From contig NZ_JAQCNH010000001.1 of the NCBI RefSeq assembly GCF_028275115.1, positions 17,321 through 81,320 on the forward strand: a DNA stretch of 64,000 nt. The letters run 5' to 3'. Of the stretch, positions 18,572 through 28,680 are shown one piece after another. This DNA comes from Halorientalis sp. (lineage in GTDB: Archaea; Halobacteriota; Halobacteria; Halobacteriales; Haloarculaceae). The notes beneath the pieces are model-generated. The model did no database searches. It was given only the letters and a program-made list of their open reading frames with translations, and was not told the DNA's origin. The translations under genes and the position numbers were made by a program. The first letter of the stretch is position 1. Every line of letters starts with the position of its first letter.

Positions 18572-20674
18572 GTGACAGGTATCGCACGGACCGGGATGGT
18601 CGCGGCTCTCGCCGTGGTGGCGGTCGTGGCCCTCACGGGTGCCGGCACCGCGACCGGTCAGTCCGCGGCCGCCCCCACTGACAACGGGAGCCTCTGGTCG
18701 GAGAGCTACTTCACCAACTTCGGTGAGACAGACGATCAGCGGCTCTACGGCGTCGCGCGGACACGGGATGGACTCCTGCTGGTCGGGACCGGCTGGGACG
18801 AGTTCGACGGCGACGAGGTAGTCGCCTACGCCGCGGAGGCGAACCGAGACGGTCGACAGACCTGGGGACGGTCGTACATGCACGCGGCGACACACACTCG
18901 CGTCCTCCACGACGGGCTGAAACTCAACGACGGTCGCTACGTCCTCGCGGGGACGACGAACGCGCCGTCGATGACCGGCGTTGGCGAGTCCCTCCTGTTC
19001 GACAACACCCGCGACATTCACACCTGGCGGTACGCACGGGGCGACGGTGCCTTCTACGACGTCCTGCCGCTGAACGAGACCCACGTCGTCGCCGTCGGCT
19101 CCGGGCAGGTCTGGGCTGTCGAGGCCGCCCGTGGCGACGGCGACCGCACGTGGACCAACAGCCCACCACAGGGCGTCACCCTCCGGGCCGGGACGGCAAC
19201 CGACGACGGCGTTCTGGTCGCCGGGACCAGAGAGACGGGCGACGGAGAGGCGAGCGGCTACGTGGCCGAACTCGATGGCGAGGGTGACCGCCGGTGGAGC
19301 CGAAGGGTCGGTGAGCAGTCGGTCCAGTTGCGGGCGCTCTCGACGGTTGGCGACGACGTCGTCGTCGGTGGCACCGGCGGAGAGAGCGGCTGGTTAGCCC
19401 GACTCGACGACGAAGGGAGTCCGGTGTGGACCCGACAGCCCTTCCCGGGCGGTGGCCAGGTCAACGCTGTGGCCCGCGGCCCGGACGGGACGGTACTCGC
19501 CGCAGGCGAGACGGGGAACGGGACCGGTATCGTGGCCCGGTTCGGCGCTAGCGGCCAGGCGCTGTGGCGGGGCGTCCACGGGACCGAGGTCAACGGACTG
19601 CTCCCGGCACGAAACGGGACGACCGTCGCCGTCGGTGCGCGGACGAGCGGCGAGGACCTGGACGCTTACGCGACCCGGATCGACTTCGTGGGGCCGACGG
19701 CCGCAATCGCGGTCGGCAGTGAGCGAGCAGCGGTCGGGAACACGACCGTCACGCTCTCCGCGAACGGGTCGACCGACAACTTCGGCGTCGCGCGGTACCA
19801 CTGGGACACCGACGGCGACGGCACGACTGAACGCACAACCACGACGCCGGTCCTGCGGTACGTGCCGGCGACGGTCGGCACCGTTCGGCCTCGCATCACG
19901 GTCGAAGACGGCGGGGGACGAACCGACACCGCGAAGGCGACCACGGCTATCAGGGTGACGGATACCACGCCACCGTCGGCGGTGATCTCTCGGCCGTCGT
20001 CAGGACTGGTGGCCGCCGGAGAACCGACGACGCTGTCGGCCGCGGACAGCCGTGATAACGGGGCCATCGACCGGTACCGTTGGGACTTCGACGGCGACGG
20101 CCAACCGGATGTGACGACGGCGAACGCGACGGCCGTCCACACGTTCGCCGGACGAAACCGCAGTTACGAGGTCGGCCTGACGGTCGTGGACGGTGCGGGA
20201 CAGACCGATACCACCTCGCGGGCGGTCGAGACCCGTCGGAACGACCCGCCTGACCTCGCGCTGTCGGTCAAACACGTCTCGTCACAGCCGTACGGCGACG
20301 GCTACGAGACCCGTCTCCTGGCGAACGTGACGAACGACGTCGGGAACACGACGGTCCGCTGGCGGCTCCCGAACGGCACCGTCCTGACCGGCCGGGCGGT
20401 CGAGTTTGGGTTCGAGGAACGCGGCGGTTTCGTTGAGGCGAGCCTCACCGACGAGTACGGTGGGTCCGACTACGAGTCCGTCGAGCTATCACGGAATCGG
20501 GAGGGCGAGAGAGTAGACCGGAACACCGGAGACCTCCCGACGGCCGAGACCGACGAGGACGAGGCCGAACCCGACTCCGCGAGTACACGAACGGCAGCCG
20601 CTGGCTCCGGGTTCGGTCCAGTGGTCGCCGCCGTCGCGTTGGCACTCGTGGCCGTTCGCCTCGGGCGAGACTGA
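18572..20674 (+). CDS. Secreted surface protein: beta-propeller-like N-half, PKD domains, PGF-CTERM-like anchor
   Basis: Signal peptide; repeated xxWx(R/S)x motifs; SxDN...YxWDxDGDG PKD repeats; C-terminal GSGFG-TM-RLGRD. Confidence 0.8.
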   Translation: MTGIARTGMVAALAVVAVVALTGAGTATGQSAAAPTDNGSLWSESYFTNFGETDDQRLYGVARTRDGLLLVGTGWDEFDGDEVVAYAAEANRDGRQTWGRSYMHAATHTRVLHDGLKLNDGRYVLAGTTNAPSMTGVGESLLFDNTRDIHTWRYARGDGAFYDVLPLNETHVVAVGSGQVWAVEAARGDGDRTWTNSPPQGVTLRAGTATDDGVLVAGTRETGDGEASGYVAELDGEGDRRWSRRVGEQSVQLRALSTVGDDVVVGGTGGESGWLARLDDEGSPVWTRQPFPGGGQVNAVARGPDGTVLAAGETGNGTGIVARFGASGQALWRGVHGTEVNGLLPARNGTTVAVGARTSGEDLDAYATRIDFVGPTAAIAVGSERAAVGNTTVTLSANGSTDNFGVARYHWDTDGDGTTERTTTTPVLRYVPATVGTVRPRITVEDGGGRTDTAKATTAIRVTDTTPPSAVISRPSSGLVAAGEPTTLSAADSRDNGAIDRYRWDFDGDGQPDVTTANATAVHTFAGRNRSYEVGLTVVDGAGQTDTTSRAVETRRNDPPDLALSVKHVSSQPYGDGYETRLLANVTNDVGNTTVRWRLPNGTVLTGRAVEFGFEERGGFVEASLTDEYGGSDYESVELSRNREGERVDRNTGDLPTAETDEDEAEPDSASTRTAAAGSGFGPVVAAVALALVAVRLGRD

Positions 20675-20778
20675 TTCACAGGCACATCGGGCGACCGCCT
20701 CGCAATGCAGTGTCTACTGCTCACAACGCACATACGAATTGGCAACCTTCACACGGCTGGACCACCAACTGTGCGGTA

Positions 20779-21729
20779 ATGGCAACGGCAGAGGCCGAGG
20801 TGTCGCGAACGAGAGCTTGGCTGATGGCCGCACGGCCACAGACCCTGCCCGCCGGGGCCGCGCCGGTCGTCGTTGGGGCGGGTCTGGCGCTCCACGATGG
20901 GGTGTTCGCGCCGGCCGCGGCGACAGCGGCGCTGCTCGGAGCGCTCCTCCTGCAGGTGGGAACCAACTTCGCCAACGACTACTACGACGCGGTCAAGGGG
21001 ACCGACTCGGCCGACCGCGAGGGGTTCACGCGGGTAACCGCCGGCGGACTGATCGAGCCCACGCGCGTCAAGCAGGCGATGGCCGCCACATACGCGCTCG
21101 CAGTCGTCGTCGGCCTCTATCTCGTGTACATCGGCGGCCTCCCTATCCTGGTGGTTGGGCTCTCCAGCATCGGTGCCGGCATCGCTTACACCGGTGGTCC
21201 CTACCCGTACGGCTACCGCGGGCTCGGCGACCTGTTCGTCTTTCTGTACTTCGGCGTAATCGCCGTCGTCGGGACCTACTACGTGCAGGCAGCGGCCGTC
21301 CTGCCGGCCGTCGAGCCGCTCGCGATAGGGATTCCGGCGGGCACCGTAACCGCGGCCGCGCTGGTGGCCAGCCTCCCGGCGGCCGGGCTCTCGACCGCAA
21401 TCCTGATCGCGAACAACGTTCGGGACCGTGAGGAGGACGCCACGGCCGGAAAGCGGACGCTCGCGGTGCTGCTTGGCTACACGTTCAGCCGGGTCGAGTG
21501 GCTGGCGATGGTCGGGATGGCCTACGTCGTCCCCGTCCTGTTCGCACTGGACCCGGCCTTCGGCCTCCCGGCGCTGTTGCCACTGGCGACGTTGCCGCTG
21601 GCGGCCAGAGTAGGGGCGACAGTCATGGAACGCACCGACGGCGCGGCACTCAATCCGGCGCTGGAACGCACTGGCCAGCTACTGGCGGCGCACTCGGCGC
21701 TGTTCGCGACCGGACTGGCACTGACATGA
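20779..21729 (+). CDS. menA: 1,4-dihydroxy-2-naphthoate polyprenyltransferase
   Basis: AARPQTL, NFANDYYDAVKGTD, NNVRDREED, GKRTLAV. Confidence 0.95.
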   Translation: MATAEAEVSRTRAWLMAARPQTLPAGAAPVVVGAGLALHDGVFAPAAATAALLGALLLQVGTNFANDYYDAVKGTDSADREGFTRVTAGGLIEPTRVKQAMAATYALAVVVGLYLVYIGGLPILVVGLSSIGAGIAYTGGPYPYGYRGLGDLFVFLYFGVIAVVGTYYVQAAAVLPAVEPLAIGIPAGTVTAAALVASLPAAGLSTAILIANNVRDREEDATAGKRTLAVLLGYTFSRVEWLAMVGMAYVVPVLFALDPAFGLPALLPLATLPLAARVGATVMERTDGAALNPALERTGQLLAAHSALFATGLALT

Positions 21730-22760
21730 TCGACATCGAATCTTACCAGTTGGACCTGGCACGGCCGCTCTCGACCGCTCGCGGAACCATCGAGAAGCGT
21801 ACGGGCTTCCTCGTCAGAGTCGAATACGCCGACCGGATGGGTGTCGGCGAAGCCGCACCGCTCCCGGGTTGGACGGAATCGCTCGACGCCTGCCGGGACG
21901 CCCTGGACTGGGCACCGGAACTGGCCGGCGACGAGGACTGGGGCGTCGCCCTCGGGGAGACGTCCGAGCCGGCGGCCCGTCACGCGCTGGCGCTGGCGCT
22001 AGCCGACGCCCGAGCGAGACTCGACAACACGCCGCTGTACCGCTACCTCGGCAACGAACGACTCGTCCGTCGGGTGCCGGTAAACGCCACCGTGGGCGAC
22101 GCCGACTGCGAGACGACCGCGAGAGCGGTCACGAGGGCCGCCGAGAACGGCTTCGACTGCGTGAAAATCAAGGTCGGCGCGCGAAGCGTCGACGAGGACG
22201 CCGACCGCTTCCGGCGGGTGAGGGAAGTCGTCGGCGACGACGTGGCGCTGCGGGCCGACGCCAACGGCGCGTGGGACCGTGCGCAGGCCGAGCGCGCGAT
22301 GGATGCGCTGGAACCGTTCGACTTGGAGTACGTCGAGCAACCTATGCCCGCCGACGAGGTGGCGGCTCACGCTGGCCTCCGGAACGGGGGCAACGAGGTC
22401 CCTCTCGCGCTCGACGAGTCGGTAGCTGGCCGAGCCGTGACGGAACTGCTTGCCGCCGAGGCCGCGGACTATCTCGTTCTCAAGCCGATGGCGCTTGGCG
22501 GCCCCGACAGGGCCAGAAGCGTCGCGCGGCAGGCCAGACAGGCCGGCGTGACGCCGGTCGTCTCGACGACGATCGACAGCGTCGTCGCCCGGACCGCCGC
22601 GGTCCACGTCGCCGCCGCCATCCCCGAGGTTCCGGCCTGTGGCCTGGCGACGGCCGACTGGCTCGCTGACGACCTCGCTCCCGACCCCGCACCGGTCGCC
22701 GACGGGCAGATCGAAGTGCCGCAGGCGAAGGGGCTGGGAGTCGACCTCGGAGACGAGTGA
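21726..22760 (+). CDS. menC: o-succinylbenzoate synthase (enolase superfamily)
   Basis: GEAAPLPGWTE, VKIKVG, LRADANGAW, EYVEQP, ALDES, VLKPM; within the men cluster. Confidence 0.9.
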   Translation: MIDIESYQLDLARPLSTARGTIEKRTGFLVRVEYADRMGVGEAAPLPGWTESLDACRDALDWAPELAGDEDWGVALGETSEPAARHALALALADARARLDNTPLYRYLGNERLVRRVPVNATVGDADCETTARAVTRAAENGFDCVKIKVGARSVDEDADRFRRVREVVGDDVALRADANGAWDRAQAERAMDALEPFDLEYVEQPMPADEVAAHAGLRNGGNEVPLALDESVAGRAVTELLAAEAADYLVLKPMALGGPDRARSVARQARQAGVTPVVSTTIDSVVARTAAVHVAAAIPEVPACGLATADWLADDLAPDPAPVADGQIEVPQAKGLGVDLGDE

Positions 22761-24259
22761 TGGACTGGCCCGTCGAGGACCTCGTCGCCGCCCGCGCTGC
22801 CGCGACGCCGGACCGGACCGCACTGGTCGACGCCGACCGCGACGACACACAGAGCTATCGCGAGTACGACGCCGCAGTCGGTCGGTGGGCAACGGCGCTC
22901 GCCGCGCTGTCGGACGGCGACGAACCCGGCCGGGTCGCCGTCCTGATCGACACTCGACCGGCCGTCGCAGAACTGTTCTTCGCAGCCGAGCGACTGGGCT
23001 CGTCGGTCGTTTCGCTGAACGTCCGGCTGACGCCCGCCGAGTTGACCGAGCAGGTCGAGCGGACTGCACCGGATGTGCTGGTCTGTGAGCGCGACACGGA
23101 GAGAGTGGCTCTCGAAATCTTCGACGGCCCTGTGGCGTCCGTCGACGCGCCGGAGCGTGAGCGCGCCCGAGCACTCGATACGCTCGACGGCGGTCCCGTC
23201 GAGCCGGCCACGCTGAGCCCCGGCACGGAACAACTGGTCGTGTTCACCTCCGGAACCACGGGCCAGCCCAAGGGCGTCCGGCTGACCGTCGGCAATCTAC
23301 TGGCGAGCGCGACGGCGTCGGCCTTCCGGCTGGGCGTCTCGCCCGGTGACCGGTGGTTGTGCTGTCTCCCGACCTACCACATGGGTGGACTCGCACCGGT
23401 CGTCCGGTCCGCACTGTACGGCTCGACGGCCGTGATTCAGCGGGCGTTCGACGCCGAGTCGACGGCGGCGGTTCTCGACGAGTTCGGAATTACGGGCGTC
23501 TCGCTCGTCCCAACCATGCTCACGCGACTGCTGGATACGGGGTGGGAACCGTCCGAGCAGTTGCGGTTCGTCCTGCTCGGCGGCGCACCCGCCCCGGCGG
23601 AACTGCTGGTTCGCTGTCGGGACCGCGGCGTTCCGGCCTACCCGACATACGGCATGACCGAGACGGCCTCACAGATCGCCACAGCGACACCGGAGCAGGT
23701 AAATGCTCACGAAGGAACCGTTGGACAGCCGCTGGTGAACACCACTGTCACGCTCGTCGACGAGGACGGCGACCCGGCACCAGCGGGCGGGCGGGGCGAG
23801 GTCGTCGTCTCAGGGCCAACGGTGACGCCGGGCTATCTCGAACCCGACGTCACCGACGACGCGTTCGGTCCGGACGGCCTGCACACCGGCGACATCGGCT
23901 CCCGGGACGAGGACGGGCGGCTGTGGGTCCACAACCGCAAGGACGACCGGATCGTCACCGGGGGGGAGAACGTCGACCCCGGCGAGGTCGTAGCGGTCCT
24001 GCGGGACCACCCAGACATCCGGACGGCCGCTGTCGTGGGACTGGACGACAGCGAGTGGGGTGAACGGGTCGCGGCGCTGGTGGTGCCGGTAGACGAGGTG
24101 TCACTCTCGGTCGAGAACGTCGAGTCTCACTGTCGGGAGCGGCTGGCGGGGTTCAAATGTCCACGGACGGTCAGATTCGTCGACGAACTGCCGCGGACGG
24201 CTTCGGGGACCGTCGACCGGGCGCGGGTGCTAGAGCGGCTTCGAGAGGGAGGAGAATAA
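22757..24259 (+). CDS. menE: o-succinylbenzoate-CoA ligase
   Basis: [32 protein letters not shown]; overlaps menC. Confidence 0.9.
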   Translation: MMDWPVEDLVAARAAATPDRTALVDADRDDTQSYREYDAAVGRWATALAALSDGDEPGRVAVLIDTRPAVAELFFAAERLGSSVVSLNVRLTPAELTEQVERTAPDVLVCERDTERVALEIFDGPVASVDAPERERARALDTLDGGPVEPATLSPGTEQLVVFTSGTTGQPKGVRLTVGNLLASATASAFRLGVSPGDRWLCCLPTYHMGGLAPVVRSALYGSTAVIQRAFDAESTAAVLDEFGITGVSLVPTMLTRLLDTGWEPSEQLRFVLLGGAPAPAELLVRCRDRGVPAYPTYGMTETASQIATATPEQVNAHEGTVGQPLVNTTVTLVDEDGDPAPAGGRGEVVVSGPTVTPGYLEPDVTDDAFGPDGLHTGDIGSRDEDGRLWVHNRKDDRIVTGGENVDPGEVVAVLRDHPDIRTAAVVGLDDSEWGERVAALVVPVDEVSLSVENVESHCRERLAGFKCPRTVRFVDELPRTASGTVDRARVLERLREGGE

Positions 24260-24318
24260 GCCTGGCGCGACCGCACATCTACCGACAGTTTAAGCGGACA
24301 CGGTGGTTATGCAGATTC

Positions 24319-25059
24319 GTGTGCACACTCGTTCTCGCCTGGCAGGTGTTCGCCGACACGCCCGTCGCCGTCGCGGCCAACCGTGACGAGATGGTCGACC
24401 GCCCCTCTGAGCCGCCCAAGCGGCTCGACGATGCGCCTGCGGTGGTCGCGCCGCGTGACAGCGAAGCCGGCGGCACCTGGATCGGACACAACGAACACGG
24501 ACTGTTCGTCGGCATCACGAACCGCTGGACCGACGTCGAGTTGGCGGGCGAGCGGTCGCGCGGCCTGCTAACGCGGGACGCCCTTCGGAAGGAGAGCGCA
24601 GAGGAAGCCGCTCGCTTCGTCGAGAACGAGGTCCGAGATCACGAGTTCGACGGGTTCAATCTCGCCCTGGCCGACGAGACCGCCGCTCTCCTGCTGGAGT
24701 GGGACGGCCAACTCGCGGTTCGGAACTTTCAGCCCGGCGTCCAGGTCGTCGTCAACGTCGGTGCGAGCGACGACGTGCGGATTCCCGGGGAACGGACCGA
24801 GGACGGCCGTCAGCAGGCCGGCAATGCCGCCGCGGTCCGCACGGAGCTCCAGCCCGAACCCGGCGAGCAGGCCGGCGCGTGGGTCGAACGCGCCGGAGAC
24901 GTAATCGCAGACCACGAGTACGGCGTCTGTATCCACCGGGATCGATTCGGGACGCGCTCGTCGTCGTTGTTGACCATCGGTCCAAAGGGGAGTCACTACC
25001 GCTTCGCCGACGGACCACCCTGTGAGACCGACTACCGCCGCGTCGAAAGTCAGTTTTAA
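24319..25059 (+). CDS. NRDE/TANGO2-family protein (Ntn-hydrolase-like, N-terminal Cys)
   Basis: GTG start gives MCTL...AANRDE, GGTWIG, SRGLL, FDGFNL, GTRSSS. TTTAAG at 24289-24294 supports this start. Confidence 0.9.
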   Translation: MCTLVLAWQVFADTPVAVAANRDEMVDRPSEPPKRLDDAPAVVAPRDSEAGGTWIGHNEHGLFVGITNRWTDVELAGERSRGLLTRDALRKESAEEAARFVENEVRDHEFDGFNLALADETAALLLEWDGQLAVRNFQPGVQVVVNVGASDDVRIPGERTEDGRQQAGNAAAVRTELQPEPGEQAGAWVERAGDVIADHEYGVCIHRDRFGTRSSSLLTIGPKGSHYRFADGPPCETDYRRVESQF

Positions 25060-25083
25060 ACCGCAGACAGTCCCAGAGTGGGT

Positions 25084-25428
25084 ATGGTTATGCCCGAATC
25101 CGAACTTACCGAGGACGAGCGCGGCGGTCTCGAACTCGTCCGGGAGACCGGTGGCATCCACCAGAGCGAATTCTGGAAGGAACTCGACGTCTCCTCTCGG
25201 AAGGGGAGCCGCATCGTCGAGTCGCTCGCCGACAAAGGTCTCATTCAGCGCGAGGAGACTGTCTACGAGGGCCACAACACCTATCACCTCACACCTGCCC
25301 CCCGCGACCTGAACTTCTCGTTGCTGATGGCCAGCGACATGCTCTCGCCGTTCATCGGCGACGAGGAGGTCGACCCTCACTCCGACGCGTTCTCACAGTG
25401 GGTGATGAACCTCGCCTACGAAGAGTAA
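25084..25428 (+). CDS. Winged-helix (MarR-like) protein
   Basis: GGIHQSEFWKELDVSSRKGSRIVESL...GHNTY; TTTTAA at 25054-25059, about 27 nt upstream. Confidence 0.8.
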   Translation: MVMPESELTEDERGGLELVRETGGIHQSEFWKELDVSSRKGSRIVESLADKGLIQREETVYEGHNTYHLTPAPRDLNFSLLMASDMLSPFIGDEEVDPHSDAFSQWVMNLAYEE

Positions 25429-25873
25429 CTGTCATCGGGAGGCAGGGGAACCCGGACAGTCGCCCATGGCTGGTCCCCCTCCGCACGGACGCGAGTGAGC
25501 CTCTATCCGCTCGTCGACCCTGTCACGGTCTCACTGTTTGATTTCGGCCAGTCGCAACACCAGTACCGCGCCGACGAGGGAACCGTCGCTCGGCGGCGAA
25601 CTGTAGATTGCCTGCCTCATTGTGTCTGTATCGTAGAACCGTTCGCCAGCCCCCGTGTGAGTCGATGGCGTGAGCCGTGTCAGGGCGAGAGGTTACACCG
25701 ATCTGTGCTGTGTCGACCTCGGTGGCCACGAACTTCGCGACGTGCCCGGCGGCTGAAGCGACGACTTGGAACACGGCGAACGTCCGGTGGCCCTCTCGGG
25801 TTCGGTGGCCTATTTCGACCAGCGAGAACGGGGCGCGGGGGAACGAGGACGCTCCGTGGAGCAATCGGGACCC

Positions 25874-27154
25874 TCAGGCCAGCGCACTCCCGGCCCGGAT
25901 GATATCCACCTCACCGAACGCCGGCCCGACGAACTGCATCCCGACGGGGAGGCCGTCGTCGGTCTCGCCCGCAGGCACGGAGATGGCCGGCAGGTTCGCG
26001 AGGTTGACGGGTGTCGTGTTGGCGTCGGCCAGGTACATCGTGAGCGGGTCGTCGAGGCTCTCGCCCATCTGCATGGGCGGGACGGGCATGGTCGGCGAGG
26101 CCAGCACGTCCGCCTCGGTCAGGGCCTCGTCGAAGTCCGCTTTCACCCAGGCGCGGGCGTCCTGTGCTTTCTTGTAGTACTTGTCGTGATAGCCCGCCGA
26201 GAGGGCGTAGGTGCCCAGCAGGACGCGGCGCTTGACCTCCTCCCCGAAGCCCTCCTCACGGACGCCTGCGAACTCCTCGTTCCAGTTGCCCTCGTAGTCG
26301 GGGCTCGGCCCGTAACGGACGCCGTCGAACCGCGCCAGGTTCGAGGAGGCCTCTGACATGGCGATGACGTAGTAGGCCTCGACGGCGTGTTCGGCCGAGG
26401 GCAGGTCGACCTCGTGGTAGCTGGCACCCTGTGCTTCGAGGTCGTCGATGGCGTCCCAGAAGGTCTCGACGACCGCCTCGTCGGCACCCTCGACCAGTTC
26501 CGTCGGGATGCCGATTTTCATGCCCGTGACGTCGTCGTCGGCAGCAGCGGCGTAGTCGGTGTCCGCGCCCTCCTCGCTGGCATCACGGGTGGTCGCGTCG
26601 TGGTCGTCGGGGCCGGCGATGACCTCCAGCAGTTCGGCCGCCTCCGCGACCGAGGGCGCGATGGGGCCGATCTGTTCCAGGGAGTTCGCGTAGGCGATGA
26701 GGCCGTACCGTGAGACGAGACCGTATGTGGGCTTGATACCGACGACGCCACAGAACGCGGCGGGACAGCGGACGGAGCCGCCGGTGTCGGTGCCCAGGGC
26801 GAGGTCGGCGTCACCGGACGCGACGGCCGCCGCCGAGCCCCCGGAGGAACCACCGGGAACGTGTCCCGGTGCGGCAGGGTTCTCGGTGGGACCGAACGCG
26901 GAGGTTTCGGTGGTTGTACCCATCCCGAACTCGTCCATATTTGTCTTGCCGGTGATGGTCGCGCCGGCGGCCGTGAGGCGCTCGACGACCGTCGCGTCGT
27001 AGGGCGGGACGTACTCTTCGAGCATCGCCGAGCCACAGGTCGTCCGGACCCCCTCGGTGGAGATGTTGTCCTTGACCGCGACGGTCCGGTCTGCCAGCGG
27101 GCCGCCGTCGTCCGCCTCGATTCGTTCGTCGGTGATGTAGGCGTTGTGCGACAT
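25874..27154 (-). CDS. gatA: Asp-tRNA(Asn)/Glu-tRNA(Gln) amidotransferase subunit A
   Basis: VAVKDN, GKTNMDEFGMG, GGSSGGSAAA, DTGGSVRCPA amidase signature. Confidence 0.96.
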   Translation of the reverse strand: MSHNAYITDERIEADDGGPLADRTVAVKDNISTEGVRTTCGSAMLEEYVPPYDATVVERLTAAGATITGKTNMDEFGMGTTTETSAFGPTENPAAPGHVPGGSSGGSAAAVASGDADLALGTDTGGSVRCPAAFCGVVGIKPTYGLVSRYGLIAYANSLEQIGPIAPSVAEAAELLEVIAGPDDHDATTRDASEEGADTDYAAAADDDVTGMKIGIPTELVEGADEAVVETFWDAIDDLEAQGASYHEVDLPSAEHAVEAYYVIAMSEASSNLARFDGVRYGPSPDYEGNWNEEFAGVREEGFGEEVKRRVLLGTYALSAGYHDKYYKKAQDARAWVKADFDEALTEADVLASPTMPVPPMQMGESLDDPLTMYLADANTTPVNLANLPAISVPAGETDDGLPVGMQFVGPAFGEVDIIRAGSALA

Positions 27155-27432
27155 TAGGAAACCTTCGGACCCTTGAAAAAGCCGTCCTCGTCCTCGGGGG
27201 CGTTCCGTAGCGCTTCGTCCTGGTCGAGAGAGTCACGGACCTCGTCGGCCCGCATCACGTTCGCGAGGTCCGTCTCGGAGTCGACTTCCGGAACCTCGTC
27301 CAGCGTCTCGAAGTAATCGAGGATGTCCGCGAACTGCTCGACGAACCGGTCGACCTCCTCGTCGTCGAGGTCGACGCGGGCCAGCGAGGCGACGTGGCGC
27401 ACGTCCTCGGGTTCGACGGCCGAATCGCTCAT
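27154..27432 (-). CDS. gatC: Amidotransferase subunit C
   Basis: VRHVASLARV...ILDYFETL...MRADE...GFFKGPKV; coupled to gatA. Confidence 0.95.
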   Translation of the reverse strand: MSDSAVEPEDVRHVASLARVDLDDEEVDRFVEQFADILDYFETLDEVPEVDSETDLANVMRADEVRDSLDQDEALRNAPEDEDGFFKGPKVS

Positions 27433-27569
27433 ACTCGCGGCCAGGCCCGGACCGGCGGTAAGGGTTTCGGTACATTGGCTTTCGGTCGTAGATTCGGTCG
27501 CTCGCGGGCGCGCCCGCGCAGGGAGAGGCCCTGAACGGCCAAAATCGGTGCGCAGGGCCCGTCAGAATG

Positions 27570-27585
27570 CCGGAACCTTTAAGTT
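27570..27585 (+). promoter_or_regulatory. Probable TATA box of tfb
   Basis: GGAACCTTTAAG with TTTAAG at 27578-27583. Confidence 0.45.
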
Positions 27586-27651
27586 GGCGCACCCACAATA
27601 TGAGATTGCTTCAGAGAGTTTCTCGGGCATCAGCGCCCGCCGATTTAACCA

Positions 27652-28638
27652 ATGACCGACACCACCATCAGAGAGTATTCGGGCGAGCGCGAGCGCACGC
27701 GCGAAGATTCGACGGAATCGAACGAGCGGGAAAACGAAGAACAGGTCGTCTGTCCGGAGTGCGGCGGTTCGCTAGCAACCGACTCCGAACGCGGCGAGAC
27801 AGTCTGTGAGGACTGTGGGCTGGTCGTTTCCGAAGACGAGGTCGACCCTGGGCCGGAGTGGCGTGCGTTCGACGCCAAGGAGAAAGACGAGAAGTCACGT
27901 GTCGGCGCCCCGACCACGAACATGATGCACGACAAGGGGCTGTCGACGAACATCGGCTGGCAGGACAAGGACGCGTACGGCAACTCCCTGTCCTCACGCC
28001 AGCGTGAGAAGATGCAGCGCCTGCGTACCTGGAACGAACGGTTCCGAACTCGGGACTCGAAAGAGCGTAACCTCAAGCAGGCGCTGGGCGAGATCGACCG
28101 CATGGCCTCCGCGCTGGGTCTTCCCGAGAACGTCCGCGAGACCGCCAGCGTCATCTACCGACGCGCGCTGGACGAGGACCTGCTGCCGGGCCGATCCATC
28201 GAGGGCGTCGCGACGGCTTCGTTGTACGCCGCCGCACGCCAGGCCGGAACACCGCGCAGTCTCGACGAGATCGACAGCGTCTCCCGTGTCGACAAAGACG
28301 AGATCGCCCGGACGTACCGCTACGTCGTCCGAGAGCTGAGCCTCGAGATTCAGCCGGCAGACCCCGAGAGCTACGTGCCCCGCTTTGCCTCCGACCTCGA
28401 CCTCTCGGAGGAAGTTGAGCGACGGGCCCGGGAACTGCTGAGTTCCGCCAAGGAGAAAGGCGTCCACTCCGGGAAGTCTCCCGTCGGGCTGGCAGCGGCG
28501 TCCGTCTACGCCGCCTCCCTGCTGGCCAACGAGAAGGTGACCCAGTCGGAGGTTTCAGAAGTCGCCAGTATCTCCGAAGTTACCATCCGCAACCGCTACC
28601 ACGAACTGCTGGAAGCCGAAGACACGGTCGCGAAGTAA
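27652..28638 (+). CDS. tfb: Transcription initiation factor IIB
   Basis: CPECGG...CEDCG Zn ribbon, GPEWRAF, SRVGAP, HDKGLST, two cyclin repeats ending VTIRNRY. Confidence 0.96.
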   Translation: MTDTTIREYSGERERTREDSTESNERENEEQVVCPECGGSLATDSERGETVCEDCGLVVSEDEVDPGPEWRAFDAKEKDEKSRVGAPTTNMMHDKGLSTNIGWQDKDAYGNSLSSRQREKMQRLRTWNERFRTRDSKERNLKQALGEIDRMASALGLPENVRETASVIYRRALDEDLLPGRSIEGVATASLYAAARQAGTPRSLDEIDSVSRVDKDEIARTYRYVVRELSLEIQPADPESYVPRFASDLDLSEEVERRARELLSSAKEKGVHSGKSPVGLAAASVYAASLLANEKVTQSEVSEVASISEVTIRNRYHELLEAEDTVAK

Positions 28639-28680
28639 CGCCTGCGACGCTTTTTCCCGAGCACCGGTCGCCGGTGACGG

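Noticed and set aside
25624-25637. 14-mer TGTCTGTATCGTAG shared with about 57825-57838
   Set aside because: The second copy is coding (VCIVA) in the SDR remnant; no flanking similarity, so likely chance.
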